From: Thiobacillus denitrificans
Lineage (GTDB): Bacteria; Pseudomonadota; Gammaproteobacteria; Burkholderiales; Thiobacillaceae
Assembly: GCA_002424845.1 (NCBI GenBank)
Contig: DILD01000028.1
Span: forward strand, 17,220-81,219
DNA length: 64,000 nucleotides
Direction: 5' to 3'
Shown here: positions 53,437 through 64,000 of the stretch, piece by piece
How the letters are laid out: each line of letters starts with the position of its first letter
Position numbering within the stretch: position 1 is the stretch's first letter
The notes under the pieces: model-generated
Databases searched by the model: none
The model's input: only the letters and a program-made list of their open reading frames with translations
Told to the model about the DNA's origin: nothing
Made by a program: the position numbers and the translations under genes

Positions 53437-53906
53437 TTGTGCAGGAACTGCGCGTGACCCATGGCAGGGTCGAGCTGATAGGCCATGAAACCCAACCGCT
53501 GGTACAAGGCACGCGCGGACGTATTGCCGTCCAGTACCTCCAGCGTCAGTTTGCAGGCGTCGCGTTCGCGGGCGATCGCCTCGACCTCGGCAAACAGCAG
53601 TGCCGCGATGCCCCGGCCGCGGTGGCTGGAGGCGACCACTACGTCATGCACGTTGACAAGCGGACGGCAGGTAAACGTGGAAAAGCCCTCGATGGCGTTA
53701 ATCAGTCCGACCGGCGTGTCGCCGTCGAACGCCAGTACGCTGAAAATGAAGGGACGCGCGGCAAGCGCATCGAGCAGATTGACGCGCGCATAGTCGGACA
53801 GCGGTTCGCCGCCGCCCGCCGGATCGCGCATGTAATGATCCATCAGATCGATCAGTGCGGCGGCATGTGCCGGATCGCCGTAATGGGCGCGGACGATTTC
53901 GATCAT
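53424..53906 (-). CDS. GNAT N-acetyltransferase
   Basis: NVHDVVV, HRGRGIA, LEVLDGN..ARALYQRLGF. Confidence 0.9.
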   Translation of the reverse strand: MIEIVRAHYGDPAHAAALIDLMDHYMRDPAGGGEPLSDYARVNLLDALAARPFIFSVLAFDGDTPVGLINAIEGFSTFTCRPLVNVHDVVVASSHRGRGIAALLFAEVEAIARERDACKLTLEVLDGNTSARALYQRLGFMAYQLDPAMGHAQFLHKWLD

Positions 53907-54880
53907 TCGATGCGCATCGACAGGTCCACCGCGCGAATATGCTTGGTGAGGCTGCCGATGGAAATGCGATCGACGCCGGTTTCGGCCACCGCGCGCACCG
54001 TTTCCAGCGTGATGTTGCCGGAGGCTTCGAGCAGGGCGCGGCCATGGGTGACTTGCACCGCGTGGCGCAGGTCGGCGAGACTGAAGTTGTCGAGCAAGAT
54101 GAGCGGTGCGCCGGCGCTCAGGGCCTGTTCGAGTTCGTCGATATTTTCCACCTCGATCTGCACGCTGACTTTGTCCTCTGCCAGCCGGAACGCCGCTTCC
54201 AGCACCTCCGCGATGCCGCCTGCCGCCGCGATGTGGTTTTCCTTGATCAGGATGCCGTCGTACAGGCCCACGCGTTGATTCTGCCCGCCGCCCACCCGCA
54301 CCGCGTATTTCTCGGCGATGCGCAGGCCGGGCAGGGTTTTTCGGGTATCCAGAATCGCCGCATGGGTGCCGCGCACGGCCTCGACATAGGGCCGGGTGGC
54401 GGTGGCCACCGCCGACAGGGTTTGCAGGAAATTCAGCGCCGGGCGTTCGGCGGTCAGCAGCGCGCGCGCATTGCCGTGGATGTCGGCCAGCACGTCGCCG
54501 GCCGCCACGGTGTCGCCCTCGTTGACCCGCCACTCGATGGCGCAACCGAGGTCGAGCGCCTTGAAACAGGCGTCGAACCAGGGCCGGCCGGCGATCACCG
54601 CGGTTTCGCGGGTGATGACGCGGGCGCGGGCGGTTTGCATCTGGGGGATGAGCCGGGCGGTGAGGTCATTAATCGCCTTGGGCGCGCGCAACGCATCGTT
54701 CGCCCCCTCCCCCTTGAGGGGGTAACCAGCGACTTGTCCGCTTGCGGGCTTAGTCGAATGACTAGTAGTTCCATCAGAGGGCTGGGGAGAGGGTGAAGCC
54801 CCTTCGCGCGGCCCTATCAGGTCTTCTTCCAGTGCGCGCGCGACGTCGGATAAAACCTGATCTACATTCAATTCAGACAT
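53903..54880 (-). CDS. nadC: Quinolinate phosphoribosyltransferase with ~47-aa repeat-derived insertion
   Basis: ER.ALNF, DTRKT.PGLR, LIKENH, EVE, LLDN, EASG, IS.G.LT; insertion between EEDL and DLTA. Confidence 0.96.
   Translation of the reverse strand: MSELNVDQVLSDVARALEEDLIGPREGASPSPQPSDGTTSHSTKPASGQVAGYPLKGEGANDALRAPKAINDLTARLIPQMQTARARVITRETAVIAGRPWFDACFKALDLGCAIEWRVNEGDTVAAGDVLADIHGNARALLTAERPALNFLQTLSAVATATRPYVEAVRGTHAAILDTRKTLPGLRIAEKYAVRVGGGQNQRVGLYDGILIKENHIAAAGGIAEVLEAAFRLAEDKVSVQIEVENIDELEQALSAGAPLILLDNFSLADLRHAVQVTHGRALLEASGNITLETVRAVAETGVDRISIGSLTKHIRAVDLSMRIE
54668..54817 (-). repeat. In-frame REP/RPE-like palindrome insertion in nadC
   Basis: CCCTCTCCCCAGCCCTCT[insert]CCCCTCAAGGGGGAGGG encoding PSPQPS...PLKGEG. 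Confidence 0.85.
54722..54775 (-). mobile_element. 54-bp hairpin mini-element, copy 2 (coding, DGTTSHSTKPASGQVAGY)
   Basis: GATGGAACTACTAGTCATTCGACTAAGCCCGCAAGCGGACAAGTCGCTGGTTAC on minus strand; mobility is inferred. Confidence 0.7.
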
Positions 54881-54885
54881 GGCGG

Positions 54886-54913
54886 CTTGAAATCGCCTGA
54901 GTAGGCATCATTT
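54886..54913 (+). promoter_or_regulatory. Putative sigma32 promoter of clpB
   Basis: CTTGAA-14 bp-CATCATTT resembles CTTGAA-N13-17-CCCCATnT. Confidence 0.5.
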
Positions 54914-54950
54914 GGATGACATCGAATATACCTTAAGCACGAGGCCATTT

Positions 54951-57527
<2,577 letters not shown>

Positions 57528-57556
57528 GCTGGCCAGTCTGATCGAAATGGCAAGGT

Positions 57557-57587
57557 AAAAGAGGGTGGTTTTCCGCCCCCTTTTTTT
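57557..57587. terminator. Intrinsic terminator after clpB (possibly bidirectional)
   Basis: AAAAGAGGGTGG-TTTT-CCGCCCCCTTTTTTT. Confidence 0.75.
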
Positions 57588-57941
57588 GTGGGTATTGGGT
57601 TGGGATTAAGGGTTGGTCGCGACCTGTTTCGAGCTGCGTATTTGTTCGGCCTTTGTTCTGGCTGACCGCTGGCGGCTCAGGGGATAGCAGTCAGTGCACA
57701 GCCGCGCTCATTATGGAGCTCTTGGCAAGATGTCTTCGGCGCCCCTTCGATTTGAGTGGTCGCCAGCTTGGGATACCCGGGTCAAGGAACAGGCATCAGG
57801 CCAGCCACCTCGACTGCCTCAAACTGGCCGGTTTCAGCCTCTAGAAGATCGGCTTCTTGATAAGGCCCAGTTTGTTTTTCACGTGTTTTTGCTCGATTCC
57901 AGGGTACCCCCTAGAATGGATTGACGATTTAACTCACTGGA

Positions 57942-59681
57942 TTGGCCTTGTTTACTCGTTTTTCCAATGCTTTGCTGCTGCTGGTTTCGCTGTGCGCGAT
58001 GCCGGCGCACGCGTTGACGGTGGAGGTGGATGCGCCGGATGAGATCAAGGCGCTGCTGACGCAGCATCTGGAAGCGGCGCGCGCGGCGCGGCTGGGCGAG
58101 GTACTGGATGAGGCAGAACTGGCGAGGTTGCGTAGCGTAAGCGCTGGAACCGCACGCGAACTGTTGGAGACGGAAGGCTACTTTTCACCCCGGATCGACA
58201 GCTCTCTGGCTCAGACCGGTGAAAACTGGTTATTGCGTTACACCGTGACCCCGGGCCCTCGCACGCTGGTTCGCTCGGTGAAGATCGAGTTCGTTGGGGC
58301 CATCGTCGATGCGGATGAGGCGCGCTTGCGCATGCGCGCGGAGCGCGGCTTTACGCTCCTGCCGGAAATGCCATTTCGTCAGGCAGACTGGAGTGCAGCC
58401 AAGGTGGCGCTGCTTCGACCGCTGCTGACTACCCGTTACCCGGCGGCGCGGCTGGCAGCGAGCGAAGCGCGCATCGACCCCGAGGCGAGAGCGGCTGATT
58501 TAATGCTGGCGGTGGACAGTGGACCGGCATTTTTTTATGGCGACCTGCTTATCAGCGGCAGTCAACGTTATCCCGAATCGATCATTCGTAATTTGAGTCC
58601 GCTCAAGCCCGGTCAACCCTATCGCCAGCAGGATTTGCTGGACTATCAGTCGGCACTGGATACGAGTGACTATTTCGTGCAGGCCACGGTACGCATCGAT
58701 CCTGATTCTGCGCTGGCTGAAGCCGTGCCAATCCAGATTGATGTGGTGGAGCGGCCGGAAAAAATGTTCAGCGTGGGTGCAGGTATCAGCACCGAAACCG
58801 GTGCGCGGATGCAGGCGTCGTGGTTGCATCGCGATATGTTTGATCGCGGCATGCGTTTCAAGCTTGATGCAAGGCTGGAATCCACGCGGCAGACCGGGGC
58901 AGCGGAACTGGCCTGGCCGCGGACTACCCGTGGCTATGAAAACAGCTTGGGCCTGCTGTTGAAACAGGAAGATATTGAAGGGCAGGAGACGCGTTCAACG
59001 GTACTGGTTGGCAAGCGCACGCGTACGCGAGGCCAGATCGATGCCACGCAGTCTTTGCAATACCAGACCGAGGAACAGGATATCGGTGATGTGGTGAGCG
59101 AGCGTAATCGGGCGCTGACCGCCAACTATGCGTGGACGCAACGCACGGTGGGGCGTGCGTTCTATCCGCGGCGCGGTCATGTGCTCACCCTGCAGGGGGG
59201 CGGGGCGTTGGAATCCGTGCTGTCGGACACCACGTTTGCGCGGCTGTATGGCCGTCACACGCAGTATTTTCCGGCTGGCGAGAATGGCAGGCTGATTCTG
59301 CGCGGCGAACTCGGCAGCGTGCTGGCCGATACGCGCGACGGCATTCCCACCGACTTTCTGTTCCGCGCCGGCGGCGACAACTCGGTGCGCGGCTACGCTT
59401 ATCAAAGCCTTGGGCGTTCGCTGACGGGGGGGGTGGAGTCCGTGCGCTACCTTGCCACAGGGAGTGTCGAGTACAACCATTTTTTTGGCGGCAACTGGGG
59501 TGTGGCCGTGTTTGTCGATGCAGGCGACGCAGCCGACCGCCCGGACAAGCTGTCCCCGGTGTTCGGTTACGGCGTCGGCGCGCGTTATCGCTCGCCGGTG
59601 GGGCCGATCAATTTCGACCTGGCGTATGGCGAAGCCACCGATGAATTCCGCCTGCACTTTTCGCTCGGGGTGTCGTTTTGA
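57942..59681 (+). CDS. tamA: Translocation and assembly module TamA
   Basis: Signal peptide, POTRAs, AGGDNSVRGY, SPVGPI.FDLA, C-terminal Phe. Confidence 0.92.
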   Translation: MALFTRFSNALLLLVSLCAMPAHALTVEVDAPDEIKALLTQHLEAARAARLGEVLDEAELARLRSVSAGTARELLETEGYFSPRIDSSLAQTGENWLLRYTVTPGPRTLVRSVKIEFVGAIVDADEARLRMRAERGFTLLPEMPFRQADWSAAKVALLRPLLTTRYPAARLAASEARIDPEARAADLMLAVDSGPAFFYGDLLISGSQRYPESIIRNLSPLKPGQPYRQQDLLDYQSALDTSDYFVQATVRIDPDSALAEAVPIQIDVVERPEKMFSVGAGISTETGARMQASWLHRDMFDRGMRFKLDARLESTRQTGAAELAWPRTTRGYENSLGLLLKQEDIEGQETRSTVLVGKRTRTRGQIDATQSLQYQTEEQDIGDVVSERNRALTANYAWTQRTVGRAFYPRRGHVLTLQGGGALESVLSDTTFARLYGRHTQYFPAGENGRLILRGELGSVLADTRDGIPTDFLFRAGGDNSVRGYAYQSLGRSLTGGVESVRYLATGSVEYNHFFGGNWGVAVFVDAGDAADRPDKLSPVFGYGVGARYRSPVGPINFDLAYGEATDEFRLHFSLGVSF

Positions 59682-62600
59682 AGCGCCTTGCCTGGGGCAT
59701 GGCGTCGCTATTGGCCAGTGCGGTCGTATTGATTCTGGCCGTGTTGTGGCTGACCACTACGGCCACGGGATTTTCGTGGCTGGTGAAACAGGCCGCGCCG
59801 TTGAGCGACGGCCGCCTGGTGTTCGAAGGCGTGGAAGGTCATTTGGGCGCGCCGCTCCGCATCCGGAAACTGACCATCAGGACGGATACGCAGCGCATCA
59901 CCCTGCAACGGGTGCAACTGGACTGGCAACCCCGATTGCTGTGGCATCGGCTGATTGAGGTCGACTTGCTGGCGGCGCAACAGGTGCGGGTGGAGGTGCT
60001 TGGAAAAGCCCCCGCTCCGCTGGCCTATCCCGCCACCTTGCGCGGGGCGTTGGACATCCGCGTGGCCGCGTGGGATGTGGCGCAACTCGACGTGGTCGAT
60101 CAGGGCCGGACGCTGAGCTTCCATGCGCTGCATGGCAAGGTGGACGGCAGGGGCGACCGCTTTGACTTCATTGTTGCGGCAGGGACGCCGTGGGCAGACG
60201 TGGATGGACGGTTCGGCATCCGGAAGGACGCACCGTTCAAATTGCAGGGCCAGTTCAATGCGACCCGTGACACGCCCGCGCAAGCTGTGCTTGCCCTGAC
60301 AGGCGAACTGGCGGCGATCGATTTCAAGCTGGATGGACAGGCTGAAGGCATGAATGTCATGGCCAATGGGCAGGTGGCGCCGTTTGCTCGCGTGCGTTTT
60401 TCGAGGCTGCTGGTGGCCGGGGAGGGGATCGACCCGCGCCGGTTCGTGGCGGGCGCGCCGAGCGCCGACCTGGCGTTTTCCGGCGTGTTCGAAGGCCGGC
60501 CGGGCGAGCGCCTGCTCGGCACCTTCAGCCTGTCCAACCGGCTGGCCGGGCGCTTCGACCAGCAGCGTCTGCCGCTCGCCAATCTCACCGCTGCGGTGTT
60601 CGGCGACTTTACGCGCGCCGACTTCAGCGCGCTGGCGATCGATCTTGGCGCGGCCGGTCAGTTTAGCGGGGACGGCCAGTGGCGCGATAACCGATTTACG
60701 CTGAATCTGGAAAGTTCGCGCCTGAATCTGGCCGGGCTGCACCGCGACCTGAATACCACGCGCATCCGGACGACGCTTCAACTGGCGGGCGATGCGGCTC
60801 GCCAGACGCTCAACGGCGAAGTAAACGAAGTCTGGGGGCAGGGACGCTTCACGCTCAGTCATGCCGATGCAACACTGCGGCTGGAAGCAGCGAATTTTGA
60901 GGGACAGGCGGGACGCTTGAGTGCGAGCGGCGCCTTGCGGCTGGATGCAAGCCGTGCGTTTTCCGCCGAGTTCGATGCTGTGCAGATCAATCCGGCGCGC
61001 TTCGGCAAGTTTCCACGTGGGCGGCTGAATGCGCGAGGCCAGGCAAGCGGCGTGCTGCTGCCCGACTTGCGGTTGCATGCGCAGTTCACCTTGCCGCCAG
61101 GCGAGCTCAATGGCCGTCCGGTCACCGGGCAGGGTTTGGTGCGCTATGAAAATCACCATCTCGCCGAGGCCGACGTCAATGTGAATCTTGCTGGTAATCA
61201 GGCGGTGGTGAAGGGAGCCTTCGGTCGAGCAGGGGATCGCCTTGACTGGGTCATCGATGCGCCCGCGCTGGCGCGCCTCAACCTCGGTCTGGGGGGAAGC
61301 TTGAGCAGTCGCGGTAGCGTGATCGGCGATTCCAAACAGCCCCAGGTCGAGGCGCTGATCGATGCCAGCAACCTGCGCTTGCCGGGCGGTATTGCGGTCG
61401 ACATGCTGAATCTGAAACTCGATCTGCAGGCTACAGCCAACGGTGTTTTTAATGGCCGACTCGATGCTGGTGGTGTGCAAGTGGCGGGGCAACGGCTGAG
61501 CGCCCTTCACGCCATTTTGCAGGGGCGCCGCAATGCCCATACGCTGACGCTCGATGCACGCCTGCCTGATTGGCAGACGACTGCGAGCCTGGCAGGCGAA
61601 CTGGATGACTCGTTCACGTGGCGTGGCCAGCTGAAGCAGGCCGACGTGCAGGGACGCTGGCCGATGCAGTTGATGGCGCCGGCCACCCTGTTGCTGTCGC
61701 GTGATCAGCAGCAGGTGAGCCAGCTGGCGCTTATGCTGGCGGATGGCCAACTGACGATCGAGCAGTTCAATCGCCAGGGTACGCAGATGGCCAGTCGCGG
61801 CACGCTCGCGAATCTGCCGCTGGCGCCGTTCCTGGCGCTGCTGAAAACCGCGCCACCCTTCACCACGGATATCAGGGCCGGAGGCGACTGGAATTTGCGT
61901 GTCGGCGACACTCTCGACGGCCAGGTCCGGCTGCGCCGTCAGTCAGGCGATATCCGCATGAACGAACCGGCACAGAGCCTCGGGCTGACGATGCTTGTGC
62001 TCGATCTCAAGGCCGAGGCCAGCCGTGTCACCGCGCATCTTGATGCAGCCAGCCGTGACGCCGGCCAGCTTCGTGCGGACGGGAGTGCCACGCTGGAACG
62101 TGCCGGGGCCTGGTTCGTCCTGCCGCGTACTGCACCGCTGGCATGGACAGCGCAGCTCGACGTGCCCGACCTGCGTCTGGTCAAACTTTTGCTGCCGGTC
62201 GGCACTCGGCTGGATGCTCGCCTGGCCGCTCAACTCTCGGGCGGCGGCAGCCTGGCTGCGCCACGCATCAATGGGCAGATTGAATCCAGCCAGATCCGGT
62301 TTTCCATGCCGGAAGAAGGCGTGACGATTACCGACGGCATGCTCAGACTCATTCTGACCGATGACCGTGTGCGTGTGCAGGAAGGCGAACTGAAGGGCAG
62401 CAGTGGGCGGGTCGTGGTGAGCGGGGAGGCCCAGTTGAACAATCCGCAGGCCGGTCTTGCGCTGAATTTTGAAAAGTTTGCTGTCAGCAATCGCAGCGAT
62501 CGCCGGATAATCGTATCCGGCACCGCACATCTCAACATTGATCCCGGGCGACTGGAGCTCACGGGCGAACTCACCGCTGACCGTGCCAGGCTGGAAATGC

Positions 62601-63394
62601 AGGAAGCCAGTCGGCCGACGCTGTCATCCGATGTCGTCGTGACGGGCCGGCCAGCGCGCGAAAAATCCGCTGTCCAGCGCATCCCGCTGCAACTCGACCT
62701 CAAACTGAATCTTGGAGAGGACTTTCTGTTCAAGGGCGGCGGGCTCGATGCACGGCTGGGGGGCCAGCTTCGCGTGTTCACGGTAAATGAGGCATTGCGT
62801 GGCGAAGGTCGCATCCGGGTAGTTGAAGGGCGTTATTCGGCCTATGGGCAGTCACTCGCGATTGAGCGTGGCGTGCTGACCTTCGTGGGCCCGATCGACG
62901 ATGCGGGGATTGATGTCCTGGCCGTGCGTAAAATGCCCACGGTCAAGGCTGGCGTGCTCGTCAGGGGCACGGTGCAGCGTCCGAGGGTGACGCTTTACTC
63001 CGATCCGGCCTTGCCCGATACAGAGAAGCTCTCCTGGCTGGTGCTGGGCCATGGACTGGACAAGGGCGGGCAGCAGGAATTTGCCTTGCTGCAGATTGCG
63101 GCCGGCGCGCTACTGGGCCAGGCGGAATCGGTGGGTTTTCAGGCACAGCTTGCCAACGCGCTGAGCATCGACACTTTTGAAGTTCGTGCGGGTGAAGGCG
63201 AAGACCTCTCTACAAGCGTGGTCAGTATCGGCAAGCGCTTGTCTTCGCGCACCATACTGAGTTACGAACAGAGTCTCGACGGGCTGAGCCAGGTGGTCAA
63301 GGTGCTGTACCAGCTGACGCCGAGTGTGCGGCTGGAAGCGCAAGCGGGCCAGCAAAGCAGTTTCGATGCGTTCTACACGCGGGAATACGACTGA
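59678..63394 (+). CDS. tamB: Translocation and assembly module TamB
   Basis: N-terminal anchor, long beta-rich body, DUF490-type C-terminus (Y.AYGQ.L, LSWLVLG); follows tamA. Confidence 0.92.
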   Translation: MKRLAWGMASLLASAVVLILAVLWLTTTATGFSWLVKQAAPLSDGRLVFEGVEGHLGAPLRIRKLTIRTDTQRITLQRVQLDWQPRLLWHRLIEVDLLAAQQVRVEVLGKAPAPLAYPATLRGALDIRVAAWDVAQLDVVDQGRTLSFHALHGKVDGRGDRFDFIVAAGTPWADVDGRFGIRKDAPFKLQGQFNATRDTPAQAVLALTGELAAIDFKLDGQAEGMNVMANGQVAPFARVRFSRLLVAGEGIDPRRFVAGAPSADLAFSGVFEGRPGERLLGTFSLSNRLAGRFDQQRLPLANLTAAVFGDFTRADFSALAIDLGAAGQFSGDGQWRDNRFTLNLESSRLNLAGLHRDLNTTRIRTTLQLAGDAARQTLNGEVNEVWGQGRFTLSHADATLRLEAANFEGQAGRLSASGALRLDASRAFSAEFDAVQINPARFGKFPRGRLNARGQASGVLLPDLRLHAQFTLPPGELNGRPVTGQGLVRYENHHLAEADVNVNLAGNQAVVKGAFGRAGDRLDWVIDAPALARLNLGLGGSLSSRGSVIGDSKQPQVEALIDASNLRLPGGIAVDMLNLKLDLQATANGVFNGRLDAGGVQVAGQRLSALHAILQGRRNAHTLTLDARLPDWQTTASLAGELDDSFTWRGQLKQADVQGRWPMQLMAPATLLLSRDQQQVSQLALMLADGQLTIEQFNRQGTQMASRGTLANLPLAPFLALLKTAPPFTTDIRAGGDWNLRVGDTLDGQVRLRRQSGDIRMNEPAQSLGLTMLVLDLKAEASRVTAHLDAASRDAGQLRADGSATLERAGAWFVLPRTAPLAWTAQLDVPDLRLVKLLLPVGTRLDARLAAQLSGGGSLAAPRINGQIESSQIRFSMPEEGVTITDGMLRLILTDDRVRVQEGELKGSSGRVVVSGEAQLNNPQAGLALNFEKFAVSNRSDRRIIVSGTAHLNIDPGRLELTGELTADRARLEMQEASRPTLSSDVVVTGRPAREKSAVQRIPLQLDLKLNLGEDFLFKGGGLDARLGGQLRVFTVNEALRGEGRIRVVEGRYSAYGQSLAIERGVLTFVGPIDDAGIDVLAVRKMPTVKAGVLVRGTVQRPRVTLYSDPALPDTEKLSWLVLGHGLDKGGQQEFALLQIAAGALLGQAESVGFQAQLANALSIDTFEVRAGEGEDLSTSVVSIGKRLSSRTILSYEQSLDGLSQVVKVLYQLTPSVRLEAQAGQQSSFDAFYTREYD

Positions 63395-63497
63395 AGCAAT
63401 CAAAACCAGATGGTAGAATCGGGCGTATGTTCGACGTCCGCACCACCGCCATGACTTCCTTGCGCCGAATGCCGGTCCCGGCCGGAGGCTGCCGTTG

Positions 63498-64000
63498 ATG
63501 CGCATCCTGCTTTCCAACGATGACGGGTATTTTGCCCCCGGCCTTGCGGCACTGGCGCAAGCGCTGACGTCGCTGGCAGACGTTACCGTGGTTGCTCCTG
63601 AGCGCGACCGGAGCGGCGCCTCGAATTCACTGACGCTTGATCGCCCGCTGATGCTGCGTCAGGCGCCTGGCGGTTTTTATTACGTCAACGGTACGCCGAC
63701 CGATTGCGTGCATCTCGCCGTCACAGGCATGCTCGATCACATGCCCGACATGGTGATATCCGGCATCAATCACGGCGCCAATATGGGTGACGATACGATC
63801 TATTCCGGCACGGTCGCCGCCGCCACCGAAGGCTATCTGCTGGGCATCCCCTCGATTGCCGTTTCGCTCGCCAGTCACAATGCCGTGCATTTTGGTACGG
63901 CCGCGCGGGTGGTGGCCGAACTGGTGCAGCGCATCCAGCTGCACCCCCCCACCGAACCGATGCTGCTCAATGTCAATGTGCCGGATCGTGCGTGGAACGA
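63498..64000 (+). CDS. surE: 5'/3'-nucleotidase SurE, 5' part; runs off window end
   Basis: Manual translation [52 protein letters not shown]. Confidence 0.96.
   Translation, partial: MRILLSNDDGYFAPGLAALAQALTSLADVTVVAPERDRSGASNSLTLDRPLMLRQAPGGFYYVNGTPTDCVHLAVTGMLDHMPDMVISGINHGANMGDDTIYSGTVAAATEGYLLGIPSIAVSLASHNAVHFGTAARVVAELVQRIQLHPPTEPMLLNVNVPDRAWN

Noticed and set aside
54668-54817. Intein or intron in nadC
   Set aside because: No Cys/Ser...His-Asn intein ends followed by a nucleophile, far too short, and no group I/II intron features

Overview
GC-rich betaproteobacterial chromosomal segment. Gene order and content look Thiobacillus-like, but that taxon is an inference. It is mostly core genome: udgB(partial)-czcD-nagZ-acpS-radical SAM-tRNA-Ser; a PilZ-like protein; Nudix; AAA ATPase + HExxH/VWA + Hsp33; an Ala-rich lipoprotein; aminotransferase-mtfA-rmuC; typA; truncated globin-purT-PLD(frameshifted)-ampD; hpt-MTI phosphorylase-rsuA-def; glnD-map; the rpsB-tsf-pyrH-frr-uppS-cdsA-dxr-rseP-bamA-skp-lpxD-fabZ-lpxA-lpxB-rnhB cluster; sucCD-nadE-glnB; bamD/rluD-pgeF; hns; globin; signal-peptide DNA ligase-GNAT-nadC; clpB; tamAB; surE(partial). 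I saw no integrase, transposase, prophage or CRISPR array. The most striking signal is a 54-bp hairpin element present twice (48118-48171 + and 54722-54775 -). Each copy sits at CCCTCT^CCC inside a larger REP/RPE-like palindrome, with no target duplication. One copy lies in the nadE-glnB spacer, within a 59-codon ORF coupled to glnB. The other lies in frame inside nadC, and all 4 differences between the copies are synonymous in the NadC frame.
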